Assembly (NCBI GenBank): GCA_937863565.1
Contig: CALMGJ010000011.1
Span: forward strand, 62,001-126,000
Source of the DNA: an uncultured bacterium
Lineage (GTDB): Bacteria > AUK180
Reading direction: 5' to 3'
Length of the DNA: 64,000 bases
Part shown: piece by piece, positions 39,051-48,948 of the stretch
Numbering within the stretch: position 1 is the first letter of the stretch
How the letters are laid out: the number at the start of each line of letters is the position of its first letter
Position numbers and translations under genes: made by a program
The notes under the pieces: generated by a model
Databases searched by the model: none
Told to the model about the DNA's origin: nothing
Seen by the model: only the letters and a program-made list of their open reading frames with translations

Positions 39051-40292
39051 ATGAACCGCAGAATACTTGCCGGCCTAACTATTTTTCTGATCCTCTCATT
39101 CCCTTTTGCCGAAAAGGTGCCTGTTGCCGTTGTCGACCTTTTAGAAAAAAGCGGGGTCTCGAAAGATCTTGCGGGAACGATCTCCGATTATCTGAGAACG
39201 CAGCTCGTCAACACCGATGAGCTGATCGTGGTCAGCAGGGAGAATATGAATTCGATCCTTGCCGAGCAGAATTTTCAGGCAGCAGCCTGCAATACCGAGG
39301 AATGCATCGTGGCCGCCGGAAAACTTCTGGGCGTCAAGAAGATCTTCACGGGGAGCCTGGGGCGTGTCGGTTCTATCTTTCTGATCAATATCAAGATGAT
39401 AAGCATCGAGACTGGGCAGATAGAGAAAAGCGCATCGGAAGAAGCTGCTTCCGAAGAGGCCCTTCTTGACGCTGTAAAGAAGGCGGTAGCAGGTTTTCTC
39501 GGAAAGATATACACTCAGCCTATTGTGAAAGATCATCCGGTGATCACTTTGCCGCCCGTAAAGGCATCGCCGGTCTATACCGATCCCGGATACGGGTTCA
39601 TCGATCTTCTTTACGGTTTCGGCTTTGCCGGGATGCAGCTTCAATTCATAAGAAGCGATCCGCCTCTTACGCCCGGCGAACTGGGATTGAGCGGCACGCT
39701 TCCCCCTTCGTTCACACAGATAAACTGGCCCATGGTCGCCGTCGGCATGAACACTCCGCTTGCCTTCAGGGTCGGCGGGTTCATGCCCAAAAAACCCGGC
39801 AGGCTTCAAGGCGGGTTCTATCTTGACATTTCGTACGTCCATTGCTATCTGAAGACCCAGGAGGTCGAGAACTGGCAGATCGATTACGAGAGCACGGGCG
39901 GTACGTTCACATTCATAGACAATGAATACTTCACAAGCGATATCTTTTCCATGTCCGGCGTAGTTCTTCTGAAATTCGTAGATTCCAAATTTCTGGATTT
40001 CTATGCAGGCGGAGGGCTCGGCTTCACTATGAACGCCTGGAAAGCGCCGTTTATCTACGGTTATACTTCGGGCGATGTATTCTCGCCTCCTTCCGAGGGT
40101 TTTAACTTCGGTTTCAATCTCGCCATTCCCGTGATCGGGTTCAGGGCAAAGGTTCAGAGCCTGCAGTTCGTTTTCGAGTACAGCCTGCAGCTGGCCGGAT
40201 TCAAACCGGACAGGAATGTTGAAGGGGAGAACAATCTTGCCGGTTATTTTCTTAATACGTTCCGTATAGGTCTCGGCTTCTCTATTCATTAA
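39051..40292 (+). CDS. Secreted protein: CsgG/HfaB-like N-domain fused to a predicted beta-barrel
   Basis: Signal peptide; VVSRENMNSILAEQ...CNTEECIVAAGKLLGV...ISIETGQI; Pro-rich linker; amphipathic strands ending RIGLGFSIH; upstream TTGATT-17bp-TATAAT. Confidence 0.65.
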   Translation: MNRRILAGLTIFLILSFPFAEKVPVAVVDLLEKSGVSKDLAGTISDYLRTQLVNTDELIVVSRENMNSILAEQNFQAAACNTEECIVAAGKLLGVKKIFTGSLGRVGSIFLINIKMISIETGQIEKSASEEAASEEALLDAVKKAVAGFLGKIYTQPIVKDHPVITLPPVKASPVYTDPGYGFIDLLYGFGFAGMQLQFIRSDPPLTPGELGLSGTLPPSFTQINWPMVAVGMNTPLAFRVGGFMPKKPGRLQGGFYLDISYVHCYLKTQEVENWQIDYESTGGTFTFIDNEYFTSDIFSMSGVVLLKFVDSKFLDFYAGGGLGFTMNAWKAPFIYGYTSGDVFSPPSEGFNFGFNLAIPVIGFRAKVQSLQFVFEYSLQLAGFKPDRNVEGENNLAGYFLNTFRIGLGFSIH

Positions 40293-40362
40293 AAAGGGGA
40301 TTCGAACGGCTTTCACACTCGATCAAAAGCAATATTAAAATGAATTGTTTTTAAAGTGTTCT

Positions 40363-40977
40363 CTAGCGGACCGGATTCTCTTTTACCGTTCTTCTGCTGC
40401 GCCTTTGTTCGTGGCGCAATTCAAAATATGCCGTCAGGGCGAAATAAAGGAACCCGAACGCGATGACACGGTGCGGCTCCTCCTCCCAAAGCCCCGAGCC
40501 TCCGGTTCCGAGCGTCATGTTCTTCATGCCGAAGGCAGGGATCGGCAGGAACGAAGTAAGTATGCAGGTAACGAGAAACAATACTGTTGAAAGAGCCCAG
40601 CCGTCAGCCCAATCTTCTTCCGGGACAGCCTCTTTTTTTCTCGCAATGACGGGAACGAAGGTTTTAAGATGGAATAAGAGGAAAACTATCACGAAGGCCG
40701 CGCTTTTTGCGATGATGGAAAGGGCAACGGCGAACATCAGGTAAAAGGCCATCAGGCATCCGAATTTCGCCGCATTGGCAAAAATACCGGATTTTTTATT
40801 CAATACGGAGTTGAAGAACGGTGTGGAGTGTATAAAGAGGAACTCCAAGATCATGTTCAAGCCGAGCAGCCCCGTTATTTTCGGTTCGTAAAGGGAAGGA
40901 CAGATCCATACGGAAAGGTAGAGGAGAGAGAACAGAAGGTCCGATAGGGAATTATACGAAAAAATGAATCTGCTCAC
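40363..40977 (-). CDS. Hypothetical polytopic membrane protein
   Basis: 204-aa ORF with about six hydrophobic segments; family not recognised. Confidence 0.6.
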   Translation of the reverse strand: MSRFIFSYNSLSDLLFSLLYLSVWICPSLYEPKITGLLGLNMILEFLFIHSTPFFNSVLNKKSGIFANAAKFGCLMAFYLMFAVALSIIAKSAAFVIVFLLFHLKTFVPVIARKKEAVPEEDWADGWALSTVLFLVTCILTSFLPIPAFGMKNMTLGTGGSGLWEEEPHRVIAFGFLYFALTAYFELRHEQRRSRRTVKENPVR

Positions 40978-41097
40978 CGCATGCTGCCGGGCTGTTATAA
41001 TAAAACTCCTCTTTTTATTTCATTTTAACATGTTCCGGCTTGTTTTCAAAATCTACTCTAGTTAACTTTGGCTGTGGCATCTGAATGATATATATAA

Positions 41098-41185
41098 TGG
41101 TGCCGGGGACGGGACTTGAACCCGTACAGGCTATGCGCCCACTAGGCCCTCAACCTAGCGTGTCTGCCAATTCCACCACCCCGGC
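41098..41185 (-). tRNA. tRNA-Leu (anticodon GAG)
   Basis: GCCGGGGTGGTGGAATTGGCAGACACGCTAGGTTGAGGGCCTAG...GGGTTCAAGTCCCGTCCCCGGCACCA; long variable arm; follows secG. Confidence 0.96.
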
Positions 41186-41192
41186 TTTCGGA

Positions 41193-41567
41193 TCAATTTC
41201 CGGATCCCGGTATCTCTTCCGGGATTCCCGTGTCCGCAGGGGCCGTATCGGGCACGGCCTGATTCAGCGGGAGTTCTTGCTGCGGCGCAGTTTTTTCAAC
41301 CGCAGGCTTTTTATTCTTCGGCATAACCGTTCTCGTGCTTCTTCTATTGATGTTTGAAGAAAGGAACAGCGAGAGAACAAAAAACAAAATGCCCAGTATC
41401 GTAGTAAGGTTGTTCAGAAATTTGTTCACGCCTGTTGCGCCAAAGAACATCTCGCCGCCGCCGCCGAACAAACTTGAAAGGGAACCGCCCTTTCCGCTCT
41501 GCATCATGACCGCAATAATCAGGATTATACAAACTAAAATGTAAATTGTCAATAGTAATCCCGTCAT
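41193..41567 (-). CDS. secG: Preprotein translocase subunit SecG
   Basis: Two TM helices around QSGKGGSLSSLFGGG; tpiA-secG-tRNA-Leu synteny. Confidence 0.92.
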   Translation of the reverse strand: MTGLLLTIYILVCIILIIAVMMQSGKGGSLSSLFGGGGEMFFGATGVNKFLNNLTTILGILFFVLSLFLSSNINRRSTRTVMPKNKKPAVEKTAPQQELPLNQAVPDTAPADTGIPEEIPGSGN

Positions 41568-42317
41568 TTATTTTTCCTCCACCGAAAATCTTGAGATCTG
41601 GGCGAGCGTTTCGGGTTTAAGGCTCGCGCCGCCGACAAGAAATCCGTCGATATTTTTCATTTTAATAAGCTCTTTAGTGTTCTCGGGTTTCACGCTGCCG
41701 CCGTAAAGTACGGAGATATCCTCCGATATACCGGGCATGATCGTTTCCAGTTCCGATCTTATGAAAACATGCGCTTCTTCCGCGATCTCGGGAGTAGCCG
41801 TTTCCCCCGTTCCGATGGCCCATACAGGCTCATATGCGATGATGACCTTGGTTAGGTCACGAACTTCCGAAAGACCGTCCCTGAGCTGGGAAGAAAGCAC
41901 TTCGAATGTCTTTCCCGAACGACGCTCTTCTATCTTCTCTCCAATGCAGTAGATGGGTGTCAATTCGTCCTGAAGCGCCGCAAGAATCTTTTTTTCCAGC
42001 ATCTCGGGGGTCTCTTTGAAGATATGTCTTCTTTCAGAATGTCCGATCAGCACGAATTTACATCCGAGATCCCTGAGCATTCCCGCGGAGATCTCGCCCG
42101 TGAAAGCGCCCCTTTCTTCGAAATGCATGTTCTGCGCTCCGTAAGGGATCTTGTTCTGAGCCTGAAAAAGATTTAGATACACGAAGGGAGGAAAAATAAT
42201 ATGCTCTATATCATCGATATCGGCGACAAGCGGGGGGAAATCCTCTATAAAATCCTTTATCGAAAAACTGTTCTGGAACATCTTCCAATTGCCCGCCACT
42301 ATCTTCTTTCTCATCAT
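41568..42317 (-). CDS. tpiA: Triosephosphate isomerase
   Basis: AGNWKM, GHSERR, AYEPVWAIGTG, LYGGSV, LVGGASL. Confidence 0.97.
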   Translation of the reverse strand: MMRKKIVAGNWKMFQNSFSIKDFIEDFPPLVADIDDIEHIIFPPFVYLNLFQAQNKIPYGAQNMHFEERGAFTGEISAGMLRDLGCKFVLIGHSERRHIFKETPEMLEKKILAALQDELTPIYCIGEKIEERRSGKTFEVLSSQLRDGLSEVRDLTKVIIAYEPVWAIGTGETATPEIAEEAHVFIRSELETIMPGISEDISVLYGGSVKPENTKELIKMKNIDGFLVGGASLKPETLAQISRFSVEEK

Positions 42318-43495
42318 GACTCCAAGGCATTCACACCGGGAAGTTCGATCCCCGACAGAAGTTCGAGTGAAGCGCCGCCGCCTGTTGAAATATGAGTAAT
42401 CCCGTCTTTCATTTTAAATTTTTTCACGGCTGACGCGGAATCTCCGCCCCCGACTATCGTGATCCCCTTTGAATTTTTCATGGCTTCTATGACCCTCCGG
42501 GTCCCTGCCGCATATCTGTCATCCTCGAATATCCCCATGGGGCCGTTGAAGATTACCGTTTTCGATTCCTCTATCGCATGGGCAAACTGTTCGGCCGTCT
42601 CGGTTCCTATGTCAACGCCGATATCATTTTCCTTAAGTTCGTTTATAGCCTTTCTTTCCGTATAAGTAGGATTTTCGATATCGTCAACGGCAAGTGCGTC
42701 CACCGGCAGTTTGATCCTCGAACCACCATGTTCGAGTATTTCAAGCGCTACGGGGATCTTATCCGCTTCAAGGATGGATCTGCCTATATTGATGTTCTTA
42801 GCTTTAAGAAACGTGAACATCATTCCGCCGCCGATGAGGATATTATCCGCTTTGGACGTCATGTTCTTAAGAAGCTCGATCTTATCGGAGACCTTCGCGC
42901 CGCCTATAATTATCGTATAGGGTCTTTCCGGTTCTTTTAATTTATCGCGCAGATATTCGAGTTCATATTCCACGAGAAAACCGCATCCCTTTTTTCCCAT
43001 AGGGAACAGTCTCGGAACTCCGTCCACGGAAGCATGGGCGCGGTGCATCGTCCCGAAAGCGTCATTGATATAGACCTCGGCATATGACGCGAGTTCTTTC
43101 GAGAATCCCGGATCGTTCTTGTTCTCTTCCTTGTGGAATCTGACATTTTCAAGCATCAGGGCCTGGCCGGATTTCAATTCCTTCACTTTTTTTGCTGTTT
43201 CTTCGCCGATCACGGAGCCTGCGAACAGCACGTTTTCCGCACCCAGAAGAGCCCCAAGTTTCCTGAATACGGGCTCCGTGGAGAATTCCTTTTCATACCC
43301 CTTGCCTGACGGTTTTCCCAGATGTGTAGCCACGATGATCTTGCATTTTTTTTCGAGAAGGAACCTGATCGTGGGGAGAGCGGCATCGATCCTTTTCGTA
43401 TCCTGAATGATCCCGTCCTTGATGGGAACATTAAAATCGACGCGGAGAAACACCGCGGTACCCTGAACCAGAGGAAGGTTCTTGAGCTTATTCAT
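42314..43495 (-). CDS. pgk: Phosphoglycerate kinase
   Basis: RVDFNVP, LENVRF, DAFGTMHRAHAS, GGAKVSDKI, STGGGASL. Confidence 0.97.
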   Translation of the reverse strand: MNKLKNLPLVQGTAVFLRVDFNVPIKDGIIQDTKRIDAALPTIRFLLEKKCKIIVATHLGKPSGKGYEKEFSTEPVFRKLGALLGAENVLFAGSVIGEETAKKVKELKSGQALMLENVRFHKEENKNDPGFSKELASYAEVYINDAFGTMHRAHASVDGVPRLFPMGKKGCGFLVEYELEYLRDKLKEPERPYTIIIGGAKVSDKIELLKNMTSKADNILIGGGMMFTFLKAKNINIGRSILEADKIPVALEILEHGGSRIKLPVDALAVDDIENPTYTERKAINELKENDIGVDIGTETAEQFAHAIEESKTVIFNGPMGIFEDDRYAAGTRRVIEAMKNSKGITIVGGGDSASAVKKFKMKDGITHISTGGGASLELLSGIELPGVNALES

Positions 43496-43504
43496 CTTGA
43501 TCCT

Positions 43505-44521
43505 TTATTTTTCTTTTTCGGTCATGAACTTGAGAAGATCCGCAATCCTCTTGGAATAACCCCATTCATTATCGTACCAGGAGAATACCTTCAGCGTTTT
43601 TCCGATCACCTTGGTCAATTCCGCATCGAACATCGAAGAGTGAGGATCTCCCGTGAAATCTATCGAAACGAGCGGCTGATCCACATATCTGAGTATTCCC
43701 TTGAGTTCGCCCTCGGCATAGTTTTTCATCTTTGAGTTGACCTCTTCCGCTGTCGCAGGTTTTTCAAGTGTGACGGTAAGGTCCACGACGGATACATCCG
43801 GCGTCGGTACTCTAACGGCAAGACCGTCCAGTTTCCCCTTCAATTCAGGTATCACGAGGCCGATAGCCTTTGCCGCCCCCGTAGAAGTGGGGATCATCGA
43901 CATTGCCGCGGCGCGGGCCCGTCTGAGGTCTTTATGAGGAAGATCGAGGATCTTCTGATCGTTCGTATATGAATGTATCGTGGTCATGAACCCCTCTACG
44001 ATCCCGAACTCTTTCTGGATGACATACGCGACAGGCGCAAGGCAGTTCGTCGTACACGACGCATTTGAGATCACAAAATGTTTCGACGGATCAAAATTTT
44101 TATTATTGACGCCCATGACCACGGTAAGGTCTGCGCCGGGAGAGCCTTTCGCCGGGGCGGAGATCACGACCCTTTTCGCGCCGGCTTTAATATGCATAGA
44201 GGCGTCTTCGTGTTTTGTGAAAAGCCCCGTGGATTCGAGCACGTAATCCACACCGAGGTCTTTCCAGGGCAGTTTGGACGGATCTTTCTCTTTGAAGATG
44301 CCGATCTTCTTTCCGTCTACCGTGATCGATCCCTCGTCGAAATCCACGTCTTTTTTAAATACGCCGTGAACGGAATCGTATTTCAAAAGGTGCGCAAGCG
44401 TTTTGGCATCCGTCAGATCATTTATCCCGACAATCTCGAGCGCTTTGTAACAATCACAGGAAAAAATTGCCCTAAGGACCAGACGTCCAATCCTCCCGAA
44501 TCCGTTAATGCCTATTTTCAT
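43505..44521 (-). CDS. gap: Glyceraldehyde-3-phosphate dehydrogenase type I
   Basis: GINGFGRIGR, SNASCTTNCLAP, WYDNEWGYS. Confidence 0.98.
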   Translation of the reverse strand: MKIGINGFGRIGRLVLRAIFSCDCYKALEIVGINDLTDAKTLAHLLKYDSVHGVFKKDVDFDEGSITVDGKKIGIFKEKDPSKLPWKDLGVDYVLESTGLFTKHEDASMHIKAGAKRVVISAPAKGSPGADLTVVMGVNNKNFDPSKHFVISNASCTTNCLAPVAYVIQKEFGIVEGFMTTIHSYTNDQKILDLPHKDLRRARAAAMSMIPTSTGAAKAIGLVIPELKGKLDGLAVRVPTPDVSVVDLTVTLEKPATAEEVNSKMKNYAEGELKGILRYVDQPLVSIDFTGDPHSSMFDAELTKVIGKTLKVFSWYDNEWGYSKRIADLLKFMTEKEK

Positions 44522-44544
44522 AGTGAATCTCCTTAAGATATTTT

Positions 44545-45522
44545 CTATTTAAAAAGGATCTTTATTCCTATATGGTGCGTATCTCCGATATCGGTAAAGG
44601 GTACATAGGTATAATCGATGCCCATCGTCATAACATCTTTTCTGATCTCATCCTCAAATTTATAGAAGTTGAAGTTGAACCCGCTACCGAACGCTATGCC
44701 GCCATTATCCGTGTTCGTATAGCCGAACCTGAGAGGTATCACGCCGAAAAGCATATATTCGGCACCTGCCGAGATCAGTGTCCCCGCTTTTCCGGCAATT
44801 GCCGCCTGGGCCGTAATGGTAAGGTTCTTGATAACTTCATAATTACCGCCGATAAGGATGTTCATAGGAAGCGTTTCCGTAGGTATCTCGTAATCGGCAA
44901 GGTATATTCTCTCTTCTTCCGTTTGAGCCCTATCTTTATCAAATGTAAGACCCTTCCCAAGGTTCTGGACTGCTACGCCCACCGCGCCTTTTCCGCCGAG
45001 ATTCAGCTTGAAACCGAAATCGAACAGTGTTGTCGTGGCCATGATATTGGCAATTTCTTCTTTGTATAATTTACCGTTTATACCGAAGAATATCTTCGGG
45101 GAGAGCTCAAGGGCATAGTTCAGCACGAAACTGTTGTAGCTTACATCATACTGATCGTTCGATTTTTCTGGTGAATCCCATGTATACACGTCGATCGGCT
45201 CGGTATAGAAAACATTCACACCGATACCGATATGGCTTTCATTGGTTATCGGGACGGAGAAAGCAAAGTATTCGATCTTGGAATCTATAAGATAGTATGT
45301 CTGTCCGAGCGATACGGACGCCGCTTCAAAAGAGGCTGAGTTGGCGGGATTGTAGAACAAAGAAAGAGGTTCATTGCCGTCGGCCACCATCGAGCTCCCG
45401 AGGGCATATGCTTTCGGTCCTACGGGCATGAGCAGGAATTCTCCGGAGATCTCACCGGTTCCGGCATAACAGAAGTTCACTGCAGTCAACACAGCAATTA
45501 TCGTGTAGATGAACTTTTTCAT
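44545..45522 (-). CDS. PorV/PorQ-family outer-membrane beta-barrel (second paralogue)
   Basis: Signal peptide, FLLMPVGPKAYALG...LFYNPAN, QNLG, LPMNI, LRFGY, IDYTYVPFTDIGDTHHIG. Confidence 0.82.
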   Translation of the reverse strand: MKKFIYTIIAVLTAVNFCYAGTGEISGEFLLMPVGPKAYALGSSMVADGNEPLSLFYNPANSASFEAASVSLGQTYYLIDSKIEYFAFSVPITNESHIGIGVNVFYTEPIDVYTWDSPEKSNDQYDVSYNSFVLNYALELSPKIFFGINGKLYKEEIANIMATTTLFDFGFKLNLGGKGAVGVAVQNLGKGLTFDKDRAQTEEERIYLADYEIPTETLPMNILIGGNYEVIKNLTITAQAAIAGKAGTLISAGAEYMLFGVIPLRFGYTNTDNGGIAFGSGFNFNFYKFEDEIRKDVMTMGIDYTYVPFTDIGDTHHIGIKILFK

Positions 45523-45532
45523 TTTTTCCTCC

Positions 45533-48500
45533 TTACCTTATCACCGCAAGCTGGCCTTTTTTCACATCGTCCGGATCATCCGGATTGGTTATAACATAGT
45601 AGTATAGGCCGGTAGCGACGGGATTGCCGTCTTCGTTCAGAAGATCCCATCTCTCTCCTCCCGTTCCATAGGCGGAAGTGCTCGAAGCGGTATGCGAAAG
45701 CTTCCTTATAACATTGCCTCTGATATTGTAAAGTACGATCTCGGCTTTCGGAGTCAGCTGTATGAATACGAGCGAGTTGCCTTCTTTTGCCGCATTTGGG
45801 GATCCGTAAATGAACGGATTCGGAACCGGATGAGCTTTTTCAAGATCGCTTGCATAATCGAAGTATTTGGTCACATAAACTATATTCGACGGTTTACTTT
45901 CAGTGTTCTCGGTTCTGTTGTAGGCCGTAACGAAATAGTAGAATGTTTTATAATCAGATGTGAAGGAATCTATGAATTCCAATGTATCGGGATATGTATC
46001 GTGATAAACGGCGCCGATTCTTTCGATATAGTCCTCGGCTAAGGGTTCAGCACTTGAAAGTATGGCCGATGTCGAGCATCTGTAGATATAATATCTGTAT
46101 ATATCGCCGGCCGCGGCATCCCAATTCAGGCGGACCGAATTATTAAGGTTCGTGACAGCGAGATTCTTCGGGTAATCGGGCGTGGACCTTACGGTAACTT
46201 CGGGGGATTCCGGAAGTTCGTCATATGCCGTCAGAAAATCGTGTTTTTTGACATAATACGTATAGTCCGTACTTCCCGCGAATTCCGTTTTATGATAATC
46301 CCTGAGAGATTCTGGCGAACATTCGGCAAGAAAGCCCGTGGTTTTAACGGCGCCGGCAGGAAGGGTCTGCACGGTATCAAAGTCGCTGTTCAGGTAGGCC
46401 TTATTGCCGTAATCATCATATATCTCCCAGTATGTTTTGCCGCCGGAGATCCAGACATAAGTATCCCATCCCTCTGCGATGATCACATAGTCCACCGGAG
46501 TTGTGTCCGAATCGGAAACGGTGAATATCGTCTCACCGTTCTCGATCTTCTGAACCGAAAGGTTCTTGATGACATACGGATTGACCTCTTCCACGGCATC
46601 CTTATCTATCAGGGCTTCGGTCAGCACATCATTGGGATTGAACGAGATGTCAGAAGCCAGGATCGTGTTGACCGTGGCTTTATGCTGAAGGTCGCCGTGC
46701 GTATCGTAATAGTAGTGATCGAAATAGAGCTTGATATTGATCGTGGGGTTCGCTTCAAGGAATTTATAAGCACCTCCCTGAAGATAGACGGTGTGGACCA
46801 GATCATAAGAACCGGCGGCCTCTTTTCTGAACACCTCGTAGTAATAGAGGTCTTTTTCCGCAGAACCCGCGGCGCTCCATGAAAGTTCAAAATCATTTTC
46901 ATTGTTTTCATTGTCGAAATCCACACTAAGGTCCATTTCGGCAGGAACGAGGTTGATCTCATAAAGTGAATAATCGCTTTCATTGAAATAATTCTGGTAA
47001 CAATGAGGATATGTTACCGTATCGGAACTGTACCATTTCTCGTCATGGGCCGATATGGCAAAAGTATAGTCCTGGGATATCGATGTCTGGAATTGCGTGG
47101 AATTGCAGACATATGCCGTGGAGGTGTATATATTGTATGCCGTGGGGGCGTTCTTCAACGCGCCCTCAAGCTGCCAGATCTCCTTTTCCGTCAATCTGTT
47201 GTATCTCAGCTCGGCATTGGTCGATACATACACATTGTAGCCGCAGCCCAGCGTGTATCCTTCCGTTTCCCAGCCCGTCATATTGACAGTGTCCCATTTG
47301 ATGTTCAGAGTGACCGTGTCGGACAGCACATCGTATTTTTCATAAACCGAACCGATCTGGGGAGCCGCAGGCGGCGCCATGTCCAGTTCCGCGAAACCGA
47401 AAACATCCTCGGTGTATCCGTCGCGTCCAAGATAAGAATATTCATACGCCTTATAGAGCTTTGCGTCAAGGTCAGAAAGGAATGCCGTCATATCGGCGCC
47501 GTAGCCGCCGGCATACGCGAAAGTGACATTGACTGTTTGTCCGGCTTCGATCTCAAAGGGCCCTGCGGTGATCGCTATCGAGTAATTCCCGGGTTCTGTT
47601 ACATTCGTCGAGAATGTTCCCGGCGATACGAAATCATTATAATACAGTGCGGATGAAATGTATTCCATCGGGTTAAGGGGAAGCAGGTTGATCGAGTTGA
47701 TATACATCGTATCTGCAGCTGATTTTACCGAATACTTGACAAGCCTGTTATCCTCGAATCCGTCCCCGTCGATATCGGTGAAGGCCGGAACATATTTAAC
47801 GATCTTGAACGAGGCCGTGGGGCAGGTGTCGGTCAGAAGTTTTAGTCCGATGCCGGAGGGATATCCCTGTTCATTATCATACGCATATGCGAAATTGCCC
47901 TTATACAGCCCTCCCAAGGGGTGTTGAAATCCGGCCAGATCATTGAATTCCCCGTTATTGGCGGAGAAATAATCTTTCCTTTTATAACCGTTGCCGATAT
48001 CGGTCTCGCTCTGATAAGCCCAGTAGGTGTTTATGGCCGGATCGAGTCTTTGCGTAAGGTATATGGTCTTTTTGGCGGAACTTGTATTCGTTACCGAATA
48101 GTTTCTCATGACAACATCGCCGAGCGCATTGATCGGATTGAGCACATCCAGGGGTACATAGGTCCAGTCGTCGATATTTTCGTATTTATCCGAGGGATAC
48201 TGCGACGTGATCGATCTGATCACAAGGCCGGAGCCGTCGGTGACCCTTGCCATCGTCTCGATCGTGCCTCCGATCGGATAATGGGGGCTGAAGTGCCGGT
48301 CATAGAAGAAATACGGCGCGCCGAAAGCGTCCGTCATTCTGGGATTTGTCATAGAACCGAATAGCATAAAGTCCTGTATCTGGTTCAAGGTATACATCGA
48401 GAACTGGAGATGGTTCAGCGCATTGTTCTGAACGCCGCCCGAATAGGCCTGGCCGTTCTCGCTGACGATCAGGGTCGCCATGAACATCTGATCCCAGCAA

Positions 48501-48781
48501 TTCTCCATATATTCCCCGTCATTAGTGCCGCCCCAATAATAGTCATTGTAATAGGTGTCGCCTATTCCGCCGGGGGTCGGGCTGTAGATATAAACGCCTT
48601 CCATGAACCCGCCGTGGAAGACGGCATTATAACCGTCGTATACATTGAGAAGAAAATTTGAAAATTGCGGGATCATCTCGCAGTATGGGGTTCTTACTCC
48701 CGTTGGTTCATTATCGGCAAATGCCGGATATAATAGCAGAAGCGCGAAAAGGCAGAAAAAAACGAAGCGGTATTTCTTCAT
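45533..48781 (-). CDS. Secreted acidic protein with FN3-like domains and T9SS-type-A-like C-terminal domain
   Basis: Signal peptide; AGPFEIEAGQTVNVTFAYAGG, PPAAP, PKNLAVT...RLNWD...YYIYR...YFVTAYN; C-terminus VPNPF...LYNIRG...WDLLNEDGNPVATGLYYY...GQLAVIR; ATG 48781 with GGAGG. Confidence 0.8.
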   Translation of the reverse strand: MKKYRFVFFCLFALLLLYPAFADNEPTGVRTPYCEMIPQFSNFLLNVYDGYNAVFHGGFMEGVYIYSPTPGGIGDTYYNDYYWGGTNDGEYMENCWDQMFMATLIVSENGQAYSGGVQNNALNHLQFSMYTLNQIQDFMLFGSMTNPRMTDAFGAPYFFYDRHFSPHYPIGGTIETMARVTDGSGLVIRSITSQYPSDKYENIDDWTYVPLDVLNPINALGDVVMRNYSVTNTSSAKKTIYLTQRLDPAINTYWAYQSETDIGNGYKRKDYFSANNGEFNDLAGFQHPLGGLYKGNFAYAYDNEQGYPSGIGLKLLTDTCPTASFKIVKYVPAFTDIDGDGFEDNRLVKYSVKSAADTMYINSINLLPLNPMEYISSALYYNDFVSPGTFSTNVTEPGNYSIAITAGPFEIEAGQTVNVTFAYAGGYGADMTAFLSDLDAKLYKAYEYSYLGRDGYTEDVFGFAELDMAPPAAPQIGSVYEKYDVLSDTVTLNIKWDTVNMTGWETEGYTLGCGYNVYVSTNAELRYNRLTEKEIWQLEGALKNAPTAYNIYTSTAYVCNSTQFQTSISQDYTFAISAHDEKWYSSDTVTYPHCYQNYFNESDYSLYEINLVPAEMDLSVDFDNENNENDFELSWSAAGSAEKDLYYYEVFRKEAAGSYDLVHTVYLQGGAYKFLEANPTINIKLYFDHYYYDTHGDLQHKATVNTILASDISFNPNDVLTEALIDKDAVEEVNPYVIKNLSVQKIENGETIFTVSDSDTTPVDYVIIAEGWDTYVWISGGKTYWEIYDDYGNKAYLNSDFDTVQTLPAGAVKTTGFLAECSPESLRDYHKTEFAGSTDYTYYVKKHDFLTAYDELPESPEVTVRSTPDYPKNLAVTNLNNSVRLNWDAAAGDIYRYYIYRCSTSAILSSAEPLAEDYIERIGAVYHDTYPDTLEFIDSFTSDYKTFYYFVTAYNRTENTESKPSNIVYVTKYFDYASDLEKAHPVPNPFIYGSPNAAKEGNSLVFIQLTPKAEIVLYNIRGNVIRKLSHTASSTSAYGTGGERWDLLNEDGNPVATGLYYYVITNPDDPDDVKKGQLAVIR

Positions 48782-48805
48782 CAATACCTCCTTATAATTT
48801 TTTTT

Positions 48806-48834
48806 ATTATAGCAAAACTTTCTACTTAAATCAA
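48806..48834 (-). promoter_or_regulatory. Promoter of the FN3 cargo-PorV(-gap) unit
   Basis: TTGATT-17bp-TATAAT with extended TG on the minus strand. Confidence 0.7.
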
Positions 48835-48910
48835 TATTTAAACATTATTTTGTTATTCAAAGGTTGAAAATTGTTTTGCTATACTTTGCAGTAACGGGAT
48901 AATGCCGGGG

Positions 48911-48948
48911 AAAGGGCTGCGGGGATCTTCCCGCAGCCCCTATTTTTT
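48911..48948. terminator. Hairpin terminator, possibly bidirectional
   Basis: 10-bp stem GGGCTGCGGG/CCCGCAGCCC; followed by CTATTTTTT on + and TTT on -. Confidence 0.75.

Noticed and set aside
40291-40310. GGGGATTCGAAC resembling a tRNA T-loop
   Set aside because: No cloverleaf or acceptor stem around it
41085-41357. 90-aa + strand ORF
   Set aside because: Antisense to tRNA-Leu and secG
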